64,000 bases of DNA from Narcine bancroftii. Taxonomy: Eukaryota. A program made the translations under genes and the position numbers. The stretch is from NCBI RefSeq assembly GCF_036971445.1, contig NC_091473.1, positions 216,256,001-216,320,000 on the forward strand. The letters run 5' to 3'. Below, piece after piece: positions 63,767-64,000 of the stretch (position 1 is its first letter; each line of letters begins with the position of its first letter). The notes beneath the pieces were generated by a model. The model saw only the letters and a list, made by a program, of their open reading frames with translations, ran no database searches and was not told the origin of the DNA.

Positions 63767-64000
63767 CTGTACAGTCCAGTGAGGTCACACCTGCACTGCC
63801 ATATTCCACCACACAGAGGAGAACAAGGAGTTGCCCAGAATGAATAATCCGTGAGGGGAGTTAAGCAAAAGGTCTGCAGATGCTGGGGCCAAGTACAAAA
63901 CACAAATGTGCCAAGGAAACTCAGCAGTTCATGAAGCATCTGTAGGAAGTAATGTGCAACCAACATTTCAGGCCTGCGTCCTTTGTCAAGTTATGAGATA

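Overview
Repeat-rich vertebrate genomic DNA. The repeat families (shark/ray-type CR1, Penelope-like, RTE, L1 and a 57-bp minisatellite) suggest a cartilaginous fish, probably a ray; this is inference. Three host genes can be read exon by exon. (1) NDUFS2 on the minus strand: coding exons 1-2 only, and exon 3 was not found in the window. (2) DEDD on the plus strand, head-to-head with NDUFS2: a complete 4-exon CDS of 311 aa. (3) A CD2/SLAM-family receptor on the minus strand with IgV, IgC2, TM and two tail exons; its leader exon was not found. This order recalls human 1q23.3. Notable features: the SLAM-like receptor appears signalling-degenerate (ITSM Tyr->Ser, a missing C2 cysteine, a possible compensated frameshift); a ~600-bp inverted duplication brackets the last DEDD exon; a young RTE LINE shows a clean twin-priming 5' inversion with a 13-bp TSD; and several Penelope-derived repeats carry minimal hammerhead-ribozyme motifs. 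All alignments and identities were judged by eye.
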